A stretch of 64,000 nt of DNA. Source: Scyliorhinus canicula (taxonomy: Eukaryota). Under the pieces are notes generated by a model, which did no database searches, had not been told where the DNA came from, and saw only the letters and a list, made by a program, of their open reading frames with translations. Position numbers and translations under genes: made by a program. Positions 1 through 10,742 of the stretch are shown here, piece by piece. The stretch spans positions 72,941,631 through 73,005,630 of the forward strand of contig NC_052156.1 of NCBI RefSeq assembly GCF_902713615.1, read 5' to 3'. Position 1 is the first letter of the stretch. Each line of letters starts with the position of its first letter.

Positions 1-180
1 GGTGGGATTTTCTCCCCCCTTCCAAAGTTTGTTTTCCGGCAGCAGAGGTGGCTCATCATTGGCTGCAGGCAGGATCTTCCGACCCTGCTGATGTCTATGA
101 CGTTTTGCATAGCTCGCCCGTTCCGTGCCGCGGAACCTGCTGCGGCAGGTCACCTTCAGTGGGACTGGAAGATCCTGCCC
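1..180. mobile_element. MITE, Harbinger-like TIR family
   Basis: Ends GGTGGGATTTTCTCC...GAAGATCCTGCCC. The same terminal motif recurs on several other short elements in the window. Confidence 0.55.
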
Positions 181-584
181 ATTATTTCTATTTGTTATCC
201 CATTGATGAACAAGGTGTGAGGGCTGTTGGTATTTTCTTCATATTGTCAAAGCATTAGCGTTAGTGTAGATTCAGCTGAGATACAGTTCCAGACATGATC
301 TAACGGAATGGCAGAACATTAGAACAGATGAAGGCCATTCAGCCCTTCGAGCCTGTACTGCCATTCATTTAGATCACAGTACGTATTCTCCATCCACCCG
401 CCTTTGCTCACTGACCCATAATGCCCATTTCGAAAAAATTGACCAATCTCAGTTTTGACAACTTCAACTGTCCAAGGCCAATATATCCTTCTTGCAATGC
501 GGTGAATAGAATTGACCAGACTGGAGAGCTGAATGGCATACCTATTCATAGGTTCCTATAATTTTCAATCTTCAACTGCCTTAA

Positions 585-895
585 TACAGCATATTTCTCC
601 AAAACATCTTTCATATTTTCAGGATGTCCTGAAACATTTCATTGCAAAGGCAACTTCCACAGCAAAGCTCTTCAAACAGCAATGATGGGTTAATCTTTTT
701 GGTAGTATTTGTCAGGGGATGACTCTTGGCCAGGACATCAGATCTCCCTACAGTTCAAAAAATCCCATACATCCATCTGAAGAGGCAGATGGGGGCCTCA
801 GTTTAACATTTCATCTAAATGGTTCACCTAACAATGCAACATTCCCTCAGTACTGCACTGGGCTGCCAGTTTATTGAATATGCTCAAGTATCTAC
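585..895 (-). mobile_element. Degenerate Deu-domain SINE (SacSINE1-like)
   Basis: Similar to copies at 40755-41140 and 46900-47190 (shared ctcagtactgcactgg and ggccaggaca blocks). Family name is from recall. Confidence 0.5.
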
Positions 896-1112
896 AAGAA
901 TTTAGCAGTTCTGGGTTTGAAGTATTTTGTTGTTCAGTATTTTGCTCAGTTTTACTTCATCAATTATTTTGAAGTTGGTGAATGGTCCAGCCTGTGCAAA
1001 AGGCAAGATAATGTTTTTGGAGGAATGTAATGGCTAGCCCCGAAATGAAACCCTGACCGTCCTCTTTAGACTCCAAGCCATCTGCTGAGTTTCAGAATTT
1101 TCTGTTTTAGAG

Positions 1113-1258
1113 ACTGACTGGAAACCGGAGCACCTGGAGGAAAACCACGCAGACATGGGAAGAACGTGCAGACTCCATACAGTGATCCAAGCCAGGAATC
1201 AAACCTGGGACCCTGGCGCTGTGAAGCAACAGTGCTAACCACTGTGCTACCGTGCCGT
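1113..1258 (-). mobile_element. HE1/V-SINE fragment
   Basis: tRNA-like head (ggcacggtagcacagtggttagcactg...gggtttgattcc) followed by the ggtgctccggtttcc block. Confidence 0.8.
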
Positions 1259-1649
1259 CCAGAAGATTACAGGTTCAATTCCTTGTTTGACCCAAGTTAA
1301 CTAATTTTACCCAGGACACAGCAGTTAGGTTACCACAGTTGCCCTTACCACAAGGCTAGACAGAGAAAGAAAAACAAATGGGTATCCTGTTCCTTATTGT
1401 TATCTGATGGCTCCTGCCATCGAGAGCATCTGTGTGTGTTAAGAAAGAAAGGGAGTGAGAGAATGACAGACACAGAAATTAAAAGGTAATAGGCAGAAAT
1501 CAAACTCAACGGATAAGCTTTCCATGGTCCAATAATCTGCCGATATTATACAGGCTCCAGCAGATAAAAAAAGGTAGTTGCCACAGGTCAAGACAGAGGA
1601 CATTTTTGAAGCTGTTATGTTTTCATAGACCAATCCTATTTTCCAAACT

Positions 1650-1812
1650 TTTTCTTTTTTTTTTATAAAGTTAGAATACCCAATTATTTTTCTCCAATTA
1701 AGGGGTGATTTAGCGTGGCCAATCCACCTAACCTACACATCTTTGGGTTATGGGGATGAAACCCACGCAGACATGGGGAGAATGTGCAAACTCCACACGG
1801 ACAGTGACCCGG
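1650..1812 (-). mobile_element. 5'-truncated HE1-type SINE, poly(A)-tailed subtype, with TSD
   Basis: 14-bp TSD ctattttccaaact at 1636-1649 and 1813-1826. A-rich tail on the minus strand. Confidence 0.85.
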
Positions 1813-1989
1813 CTATTTTCCAAACTGATAAGCAGCTAAAATTTGAAAGATCATCAGAGGCCATCAAGTGAATACGGCAGTAACTGAAACAGCAGAATCC
1901 CTGCCTGCAAACCTTTCCCAGCACTAGCCCTCAGTCTGGTCAGTCAAACACAGAAGAATGATCACATGCTTACCATTTGCTCTAGCATC

Positions 1990-2507
1990 AGAAGTAGGCT
2001 TACATTAACACTGCAATGAAGTTACTGTGAAAATGAAATGAAAATGAAATTAAATGAAAATGAAATGAATGAAAATTGCTTATTGTCACAAGTGGGCTTC
2101 AAATGAAGTTACTGTGAAAAGCCTCTAGTCTCTGGCGCCTGTTCGGGAGGCTGGTACGGGAATTGAACCGTGCTGCTGGCCTGCTTTCAAAGCCAGCGAT
2201 TTAGCCCTGTGCTAAACAGCCCCTATAATGAAATGAAAATCGCTTATTGTCACAAGTAGGCTTCAAATGAAGTTACTGTGAAAAGCCCCTAGTCGCCACA
2301 CTGTAGCTCCTGTTCGGGTACACGGAGGGAGAATTCAGAATGCCAAATTCACCTAACAAGCATGTCTTTCGGGACTTATGGGAGGAAACCCACGCAGACA
2401 CGGGGAGAATGTGCAGAATCCTCCCAGACAGTGACCCAAGCCGGGAATCGAACCCAGGTCCCTGGCGCTGTGGAGCGACAGTGCTAACCACTGTGCTACC
2501 GTGCCAC
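1990..2507 (-). mobile_element. Stacked SINEs with (ATTTTC)n-type tails
   Basis: Three copies of the tail block gaagttactgtgaaaa (about 2020, 2105, 2270) and two different tRNA-like heads (about 2225 and 2505). Confidence 0.75.
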
Positions 2508-2509
2508 CT

Positions 2510-2850
2510 TGAGGGATCTAGATCCTATAAATGCTACATATGAGAAAGATCCACAGTCTATCAACACAGCACCTGTGCAAGTGATCCAGATCTCATCAAA
2601 GTTACACATGCAAGATATCCATTAATGTCACAGGCATGAGAGAAATCCAGATCCATCAGAGCTACATATGTGAGAAATACAGATCCTATGCTTTATGTAT
2701 GAGATTTCCAGATTCACTTAATACTACGTGTGTGAAAGCTCTGGTTCTCTTGAACACTACACACTTGTGAGAGATCCAGTACTACAGAAGAAGAGATCTC
2801 GGTCCGATCAGTGGAGCCTGTGCATGTGAGATTTGATCCAGATGCGTTAA
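2510..2850. repeat. Highly degenerate tandem repeat, unit about 32-37 bp
   Basis: Recurring gagagatccagatc...ctacacatgt motif, about 9-10 eroded copies. Confidence 0.5.
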
Positions 2851-5269
2851 TCTGGTGCCATCTTCCAATAAAAGTGACAGAGATTTAATCCATTTGAGAC
2901 AAACCAGATTATTGAAATACCTAATTTACCTCACTGACAAAGCTTTAACTTTCAAAATGTAATTATTGGCATCAGAAAAAATTCAAAAGGACAGAAAAAA
3001 TCAGAGTCACTGGTCTGAAATAGCCATCAAATTCACTATCACCCAGACTGTAACCGTGAAGAGCTTTGGAGAGGCCCAGAAGAACATGCAGATGAGGGGA
3101 AGAAATAAAGGCACGTGAAGGAGGTGGGGAAGAGTTGCATGCGCGGGAGAAAGGAATAATGTTTATTTTAAAATTAAGATTTTTTTTTAAAAACAAAGTT
3201 TCATTAAACATCTTGAATGATTAAAACGTTCAAAAGTGAAATCTTCTAAACTTTCCCAGCACATTGGGAGGAGAACGGAAGGAAGCCAAGTGTTTTTTTA
3301 AATAAGGATTGACTGCAGAGAGCGCCGTCAATCCCTCACACTGGAATCAGCCAAGAAGCTTCCCATGCCGACTGCCTGTGTTCAGCCAGCTCACAGACTA
3401 CACTTCCGGCTTCATGAAACAACTCAGCATTAGATCACCACATTCCAAGGCGGGGGAGGGGGTTGGGTAGTCCACGTGGAACACCCTCCTGTTGCCTGAC
3501 GCCCTTTACTCTGCATACTGTGTAACAAACCTGTTAATCATGGTTAGTCCTGCTTCTCATATTGAACTGGAATTGAATGGGGCTATGGTCACGACAGAAG
3601 AATCTTTAGAAACAGGAAAAAGATCATTCAGTCTGACTAAACCTGAAGCTTTCTGATGGATCCAGTCCACCTGCTCACCACCCCGATGACCGCTCCCTAG
3701 TCAATTATTATAGGGGCAGTACTGTGCCTTAGTGAAAGGCTAACAAACATCAAATGAGGAAATATCTAACACCACAGGACTTTACAAAGGATTCGCCAAA
3801 CTAAAATGACATTGCCGTCTGAGAGAAAGCATGCGAGCATGGAGGGAGCCACCATTTGCTGTAGTCCTGCAAAGTCTGTCCCTTCTCAACACCCATCACC
3901 ATTTGGCTTGGCACAAGCTTTCTTTCCCCGTACCGTACTTCTGACACGTTACTACATCTCTATCTACTTTTCCTTTCTCCTTGGCAACACCACATTGCCA
4001 GAGGTTGTAACCACCAATTGGTTTTCTCCATTATATGGTCTGATTTAATGACTCAGCGTTATAACATTCTCTCAGTCCTCCGGTACCTGGTGTGTTACTA
4101 GACCAGGAGGATGAGAATATCCTAAGTTTAATCCCTGCCCTGTGTTGAGCCAGCACATCTCACGGGTTGAAGCCCCACCATTGTCCGCAACCTTAGTGGC
4201 CCTGGTTTTCCAAGGGTTAAGTAAAATAAATTCACAAGGCTTCCAGCTTCGGGGTGGCATTCTCCCATCTGGGGGCTAAGTCCTGTGGCGGGGCGGGACC
4301 ATGGAATGTTCCCCATGTGGAGACAGGGGGAATACCATGCTGGATCTCCTGGCCCTGACCTCATCCAGTTATACACCCTGGGAGGGTTTGTGCCATACTC
4401 TGTGATGGTGAGGGGTGGGAATGATAGTGCGGGTCCCACCCTTATATCTGGGCGCCATATTGAAAAGGTGCCCAACATCACAAACCCATCGTTGAAGAAA
4501 CGAGATGGACCTCTTCATGTCCTGGCTTTGCTTGTTTTCCCGCTGGGCGTCATGGAGAATCGGCAGTGGGAGGAAGATTCTGGTCGGTTCTTCATCTGTA
4601 TCCCATTAGTGGGATGCAAATCAGCTCCACGCTGGCCTCCAGCGGGTTTCCTGGCACCAGCCAGTTGAACTGCTGGTGGGGCCATGAGAGAATTCTGCCG
4701 TTGGTTCTTTCCACAGGAAAATAGGAGTATGAGCGCCAGGGCAAAAACATGTCTTAGTTTAGCTGTGTGACAAAGCCACTCCAGACTAATTTACCCACCA
4801 AATCACCCAAAACAAAGATCTTTTCCTTCGAACTGTCATTGTTTTTAACTCTCTACCATTAGCTCTGTTTGTATCCCAGATCCGTGCCTTTTCACTCGGT
4901 TTCTTTCTTAAACCCTTTGCCATTCAGTCCCTTTCTGTCTCGAATCCTCTGTCCTCCCCGGATATCAAACACTTTGAGACATTTTATGAGGTTAAGGATG
5001 CTGTACAAATGCAAGGTGTTGGTATGTGTTGAGGATAGTATTCTTCTTGGCTGTGATATCCTGTGTAGTTGACTGCCCCTTAATCATTTTAACTCAGCTT
5101 CACAGAGTTAATAGTCTCACTATTCCTTTTCGCGTGCATCTCCAATTCGCCCCCAGCGCTCCCAGTCCCCAGTCCTCCAGTGCCCCCAGACCCCAAACCG
5201 CCCCCAGTGCCCTGTCCAAACCCCACCCACCAGCACTGCCACTAGGCCCCCAGCACACTCACTCCTCAA

Positions 5270-6605
5270 CTCGCCCCCAGCACATCCACTCCCCAACACC
5301 CCGCCAGCGCACCCACTCCCCAACACCCCCCCAACGCACCCACTCCCCCACTCGTAAACCCCCCCAGCACACCCACTCCCCAACACCCCCCCCAGCACAC
5401 CCACTGCCCAACTCCACCCCCCCCCCACCCCCAGCACACCCACTCCCCAATGCGCACCCACTCCTCCCCAAGGTGCACCCACTCCCCAACTCCCTCCTCC
5501 CCCCACAGGGCACACCCACTCCCCAACTCTCTCCCCCCCCCTCCAGCACACCCACTCCCCCCCAGCGCACCCACTCCCCAACTCCCCCCCCAGCACACCC
5601 ACTCCCCAACTCCCCCCCAGCACACCCACTCCCCAACTCCCCCCCCATAAGGCACACCCACTCCCCAACCAGCACACCCATTCCCCAACCAGCACACCCA
5701 TTCCCCAACTCTCCCCCCCAGCACACCCATTCCCCAACTCCCCCCCCCCCCCAAGGCGCACCCACTCCTCAACCAGCACACCCATTCCCCAACTCTCCCC
5801 CCCAGCAAACCCATTCCCCAACTCTCCCCCCCCCAGCAAACCCATTCCCCAACTCTCCCCCCGCCAGCAAACCCATTCCCCAACTCTTCCCCCCCAGCGC
5901 ACCCACTCCCCAACTCCCCCCCAGCACACCCACTCCCCAACTCCCCCCCCCCCAAGGCGCACCCACTCTCCAACTCCCCCCTCCCCCCCAGCGCACCCAC
6001 TCCCCAACTCCCCCCCCCCCCAGCGCACCCACTCCCCAACTCTCCCCCCCAGCGCACCCATTCCCCAACTCCCCCCCAGCACACCCACTCCCCAACTCTC
6101 CCCCAGCGCACCCATTCCCCAACTCCCCCCAGCACACCCACTCCCCAACTCTCCCCCCCAGCGCACCCATTCCCCAACTCTTCCCCCCCCCCCAGCGCCC
6201 CCACTGCCCAACTCTCCCCCCCCCCAAGCACACCCACTCCCCAAGGCGCACCCACTCCCCCCAAGATGCACCCACTGCCCAACTCCCCCCCCCCCCTCCA
6301 GCACACGCACTCCCCAACACCCCGCAGCACACCCACTCCCCAACTCTCCCCCCCGCGCACCCATTCCCCAACTCCTCCCCCCCACTCCCCAACTCCTCCC
6401 CCAGCGCACCCACTCCCCAACTCCCCCCCCAGCACACCCACTCCCTAACATCCCCCCCCAGTGCACCCACTCCCCAACTCTTCCCCCCCACGCACCCACT
6501 CCCTAACTCCTCCCCCAGCGCACCCACTACCCAACTTCCCCCCCCAGCGCACCCACTCCCCAACTCCCCCCCCCCCCAGCGCACCCACTCCCCAACTCGC
6601 TCCCC
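5270..6605. repeat. C-rich minisatellite, unit about 28-32 bp (CCAGCRCACCCAYTCCCCAACT-Cn); G-quadruplex-prone on the minus strand
   Basis: Directly visible tandem array with variable C-runs. The minus-strand unit is GGGGGAGTTGGGGAGTGGGTGTGCTGGGG. Confidence 0.95.
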
Positions 6606-7024
6606 CATCACAACCACATCCAACTCGCCCGACATTTCCACTCCTTAACCTGCCCCCAACACCCCCATTCAGCAACTCGCCCCCAACAACCCCCATTCAG
6701 CAACTCGCCCCCAACACCCCCACTCACTCCCAATCCATCCCCTACCCTTTCCCACTCCCTTTTTCACCCTCCTTTTACTCCTCTCTTCAACTCTCTCCAG
6801 CCCCTTCGCATCACTTCACTCCCTCACCAGCTACTCCTCACCCCAACTCTCTTCACCCCATCCCCTCAACACCCCGCATTCCTCTCTCCTCACCCTCTTC
6901 TCCAACTCATCTCCTCACCCCAGCCCCTCTTTCTTCCTCATCCCTCCAGAGCTCTCCTTCCACACTCCTCATCCCTCTTCCTTCCTCACCCCCTACCCTG
7001 TTCCCTCAGCTCACAGTAACTCAC

Positions 7025-7138
7025 CTTGTACTTCCTGGGTTTCTTGATGAAGGAGGTCCTGGCAGTGAAGAACTGTTCAAATTCGGAGTCTTCCTCCTGA
7101 CTGCAGTAACCACTGCTGCTAGTGCTGGTCCACGTCAT
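7025..7138 (-). CDS. RASSF1: RASSF1 exon 2-gamma (RASSF1C-type N-terminal exon), 114 nt, phase 0/0
   Basis: Minus strand reads polypyrimidine tract-ttccag|ATG...AAG|GTGAGT. The only open frame encodes MTWTSTSSSGYCSQEEDSEFEQFFTARTSFIKKPRKYK, which closely matches the human RASSF1C N-terminus as recalled (MTWSSTTSSGYCSQEDSDSELEQYFTARTSLARRPRRDQ). RASSF3 and RASSF5C have similar but less close N-termini. Confidence 0.93.
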
Positions 7139-7690
7139 CTGGAACAACGAGGAGAGGAGGAAGGGAAAGGACAAAAAGTGGGAAAAAAGATAGCGATAAC
7201 CCACTAAGTGGCGGAAACCTGGCCTCAACTGGCTGTTAAAGCTCTTGTAGACAAAGCCCTGGCTTCTATGTGGATGAGAGAACTCTCTCTGTTACGGTCT
7301 CTCTGGGTTGCTCCTGTATTGTCTCAGCTCAGTACTGGGGGTTTCTCTCTCTCTCTCTCTCTGCCAGCCGTTGAAATTGGAAAGTACACACGCTGCAAAT
7401 CCCTAGAGCTGATTTGCTGGTGGGAAAAGGCTGGGAATGGGTGATCTAATCCGGTTCCGCCTCCTTCCTGCCTTTTATGTGCAATCCTACTGATTTCATC
7501 ATCCAACTATTCCAACTGCCAAATATAGCTGCTTTAACCCCTGCCATGCCAAACTGCTTTAAAAGGCACAAATCATACCTCTAACAGGCCTTGTGGAAAC
7601 AAAAGGGCTATGAATAGAATGCAGTGCAAGATCAATCAAAAAGCAGGGGGGGGAAAGGTGGGAAGACAGGATCAGAGGTTGGGGGAAGTG

Positions 7691-8900
7691 GAGAGGGTAC
7701 GGAAGGGGAGGGCGAGAAGAGAGGGTACGGAAGGGGAGGGCGAGAAGAGAGGGTACGGAAGGGGAGGGCGAGAAGAGAGGGTACGGAAGGGGAGGGCGAG
7801 AAGAGAGGGCACGGAAGGGGAGGGCGAGAAGAGAGGGCACGGAAGGGGAGGGCGAGGAGAGGGCACGGAAGGGGAGGGCGAGGAGAGGGCACGGAAGGGG
7901 AGGGCGAGGAGAGGGCACGGAAGGGGAGGGCGAGGAGAGGGCACGGAAGGGGAGGGCGAGGAGAGGGCACGGAAGGGGAGGGCGAGGAGAGGGCACGGAA
8001 GGGGAGGGCGAGGAGAGGGCACGGAAGGGGAGGGCGAGGAGAGGGCACGGAAGGGGAGGGCGAGGAGAGGGCACGGAAGGGGAGGGCGAGGAGAGGGCAC
8101 GGAAGGGGAGGGCGAGGAGAGGGCACGGAAGGGGAGGGCGAGGAGAGGGCACGGAAGGGGAGGGCGAGGAGAGGGCACGGAAGGGGAGGGCGAGGAGAGG
8201 GCACGGAAGGGGAGGGCGAGGAGAGGGCACGGAAGGGGAGGGCGAGGAGAGGGCACGGAAGGGGAGGGCGAGGAGAGGGCACGGAAGGGGAGGGCGAGGA
8301 GAGGGCACGGAAGGGGAGGGCGAGGAGAGGGCACGGAAGGGGAGGGCGAGGAGAGGGCACGGAAGGAGAGGACGAGGAGAGGGCACGGAAGGGCGAGGGC
8401 GAGGAGAGGGCACGGAAGGGGAGGGCGAGGAGAGGGCACGGAAGAGGAGGGCGAGGAGAATGAGGAGAGGGTACGGAAGGGGGTACGGAAGGGAGGAGAG
8501 GGTACGGAAGGGAGGAGAGGGTACGGAAGGGGAGGGCAAGGAGAGGGTACGGAAGGGGAAGGCAAGGAGAGGGTACGGAAGGGGAGGGCGAGGAGAGGGT
8601 ACGGAAGGGGAGGGCGAGGAGAGGGTACGGAAGGGGAGGGCGAGGAGAGGGTACGGAAGGGGAGGGCGAGGAGGGGGCACGGAAGGGGAGGGCGAGGAGA
8701 GGGCACGGAAGGGGAGGGCACGGAAGGGGAGGGCGAGGAGAGGGCACGGAAGGGGAGGGCGAGGAGAGGGCACGGAAGGGGAGGGCGAGGAGGGGGCACG
8801 GAAGGGGAGGGCGAGGAGGGGGTACGTAAGGAGAGGACGAGGAGAGGGTACGGAAGGGGAGGGCGAGGAGAGGGTACGGAAGGGGTGGGCGAGGAGAGGG
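7691..8900. repeat. 26-bp purine-rich minisatellite, left arm (GGGYACGGAAGGGGAGGGCGAGGAGA)n, about 46 units
   Basis: Near-perfect tandem array with two CpGs per unit. The first units are 28-bp variants. Confidence 0.97.
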
Positions 8901-10646
8901 TCTTTGGCAGGTAGGATCAAGGAAAACCCAAAAGCTTTCTATAGGTATGTCAGGAATAAAAGAATGACTAGGGTAAGTGTAGGGCCAGTCAAGGACAGTG
9001 GTGGGAAGTTGTGTGTGGAGGCTGAGGAGATAAGTGAGATACTAAATGAATACTTTTTGTCAGTATTCACTCAGGAAAAAGATAATGTTGTGGAGGAGAA
9101 TGCCGAGACCCAGGCTATTAGAATAGATGGCATTGAGGTGCGTAGGGAAGAAGTGTTGGCAATTCTGGACAAGGTGAAAATAGATAAGTCCCCGGGGCCT
9201 GATGGGATTTATCCTAGGATTCTCTGGGAAGCCAGGGAAGAGATTGCTGAGCCTTTGGCTTTGATTTTTATGTCATCATTGGCTACAGGAATAGTGTCAG
9301 AGGACTGGTGGATAGCAAATGTGGTCCCTTTGTTCAAGAACGGGAGTAGAGATAACCCCGGTAACTATAGGCCGGTGAGCCTCACGTCTGTTGTGGGTAA
9401 AGTCTTGGAGAGGATTATAAGAGATACGATTTATAATGATCTAGATAGGAATAATATGATTAGGGATAGTCAGCATGGTTTTGTGAAGGGTAGGTCATGC
9501 CTCACAAACCTTATCGAGTTCTTTGAGAAGGTGACTGAACAGGTAGACGAGGGTAGAGCAGTTGATGTGGTGTATATGGATTTCAGTAAAGCGTTTGATA
9601 AGGTTCCCCACGGTCGTCTATTGCAGAAAATACGGAGGCTGGGGATTGAGGGTGATTTAGAGATGTGGATCAGAAATTGGCTAGTTGAAAGAAGACAGAG
9701 GGTGGTGGTTGATGGCAAATGTTCAGAATGGAATTCAGTTACGAGTGGCGTACCACAAGGATTTGTTCTTGGGCCGTTGCTGTTTGTCATTTTTATAAAT
9801 GACCTAGAGGAGGGCACAGAAGGTTGGGCGAGTAAATTTGCAGACGACACTAAAGTCGGTGGAGTTGTAGACAGTGTGGAAGGATGTTGCAGGTTACAGA
9901 GGGACATAGATAAGCTGCAGAGCTGGGCTGAGAGGTGGCAAATGGAGTTTAATGTAGAGAAGTGTGAGGTGATTCACTTTGGAAAGAATAACAGGAATGC
10001 AGAATATTTGGCTAATGGTAAAATTCTTAGCAGTGTGGACGAGCAGAGGGATCTCGGTGTCCATGTACATAGATCCCTGAAAGTTGCCACCCAGGTTGAT
10101 AGGGTTGTGAAGAAGGCCTATGGTGTGTTGGCCTTTATTGGTAGAGGGATTGAGTTCCGGAGCCATGAGGTCATGTTGCAGCTGTACAAAACTCTGATAC
10201 GGCCGCATTTGGAGTATTGCGTACAGTTCTGGTCGCCTCATTATAGGAAGGACGTGGAAGCTTTGGAACGGGTGCAGAGGAGATTTACCAGGATGTTGCC
10301 TGGTATGGAGGGAAAATCTTATGAGGAAAGGCTGATGGACTTGAGGTTGTTTTCGTTAGAGAGAAGAAGGTTAAGAGGTGACTTAATAGAGGCATACAAA
10401 ATGATCAGAGGGTTAGATAGGGTGGACAGTGAGAGCCTTCTCCCGCGGATGGAGGTGGCTAGCACGAGGGGACATAGCCTTAAATTGAGGGGTAATAGTT
10501 ATAGGACAGACGTCAGAGGTAGGTTTTTTACGCAAAGAGTGGTGAGGCCGTGGAATGCCCTACCTGCAACAGTAGTGAACTCGCCAACATTGAGGGCATT
10601 TAAAAGTTTATTGGATAAGCATATGGATGATAATGGCATAGTGTAG
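8460..10646 (+). CDS. Open 728-aa chimeric ORF: 147 aa from the minisatellite plus 581 aa of CR1 ORF2 RT; expression unknown
   Basis: True ATG at 8460 with A at -3, and no stop until 10646. Whether it is transcribed or translated cannot be seen in the sequence. Confidence 0.3.
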   Translation: MRRGYGRGYGREERVRKGGEGTEGEGKERVRKGKARRGYGRGGRGEGTEGEGEERVRKGRARRGYGRGGRGGGTEGEGEERARKGRARKGRARRGHGRGGRGEGTEGEGEEGARKGRARRGYVRRGRGEGTEGEGEERVRKGWARRGSLAGRIKENPKAFYRYVRNKRMTRVSVGPVKDSGGKLCVEAEEISEILNEYFLSVFTQEKDNVVEENAETQAIRIDGIEVRREEVLAILDKVKIDKSPGPDGIYPRILWEAREEIAEPLALIFMSSLATGIVSEDWWIANVVPLFKNGSRDNPGNYRPVSLTSVVGKVLERIIRDTIYNDLDRNNMIRDSQHGFVKGRSCLTNLIEFFEKVTEQVDEGRAVDVVYMDFSKAFDKVPHGRLLQKIRRLGIEGDLEMWIRNWLVERRQRVVVDGKCSEWNSVTSGVPQGFVLGPLLFVIFINDLEEGTEGWASKFADDTKVGGVVDSVEGCCRLQRDIDKLQSWAERWQMEFNVEKCEVIHFGKNNRNAEYLANGKILSSVDEQRDLGVHVHRSLKVATQVDRVVKKAYGVLAFIGRGIEFRSHEVMLQLYKTLIRPHLEYCVQFWSPHYRKDVEALERVQRRFTRMLPGMEGKSYEERLMDLRLFSLERRRLRGDLIEAYKMIRGLDRVDSESLLPRMEVASTRGHSLKLRGNSYRTDVRGRFFTQRVVRPWNALPATVVNSPTLRAFKSLLDKHMDDNGIV

Positions 10647-10742
10647 GTTAGATGGCCTTTAGTTTTTGACTTCCCATGCCGGTGCAACATCGTGGGCCGA
10701 AGGGCCTGTACTGCGCTGTATCGTTCTATGTTCTATGTTCTA
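8901..10742 (+). mobile_element. 5'-truncated CR1-clade LINE (RT domain and 3' end, no endonuclease) inserted in the minisatellite
   Basis: Motifs KSPGPDG, NYRPVSLTS, QHGF, YMDFSKAFD, GVPQGFVLGP, SKFADDTK and RPHLEYCVQFW. Stop at 10646. The 3' end terminates in (TTCTATG)n repeats. Confidence 0.96.

Noticed and set aside
4091-4481. Possible solo LTR (TGTG...CACA)
   Set aside because: No matching TSD and no second copy in the window, so support is insufficient.
1-7000. RASSF1 exon 3 (W-E-T-P/IEQKIKEYN-type) and later exons
   Set aside because: Not found by eye; probably beyond the left edge of the window.
5026-7207. Long Pro-rich (plus) and Gly/Trp-rich (minus) ORFs resembling extensins or mucins
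   Set aside because: Open in nearly all six frames because the C-rich array lacks stop codons. They lie in a RASSF1 intron and show no independent coding signal.
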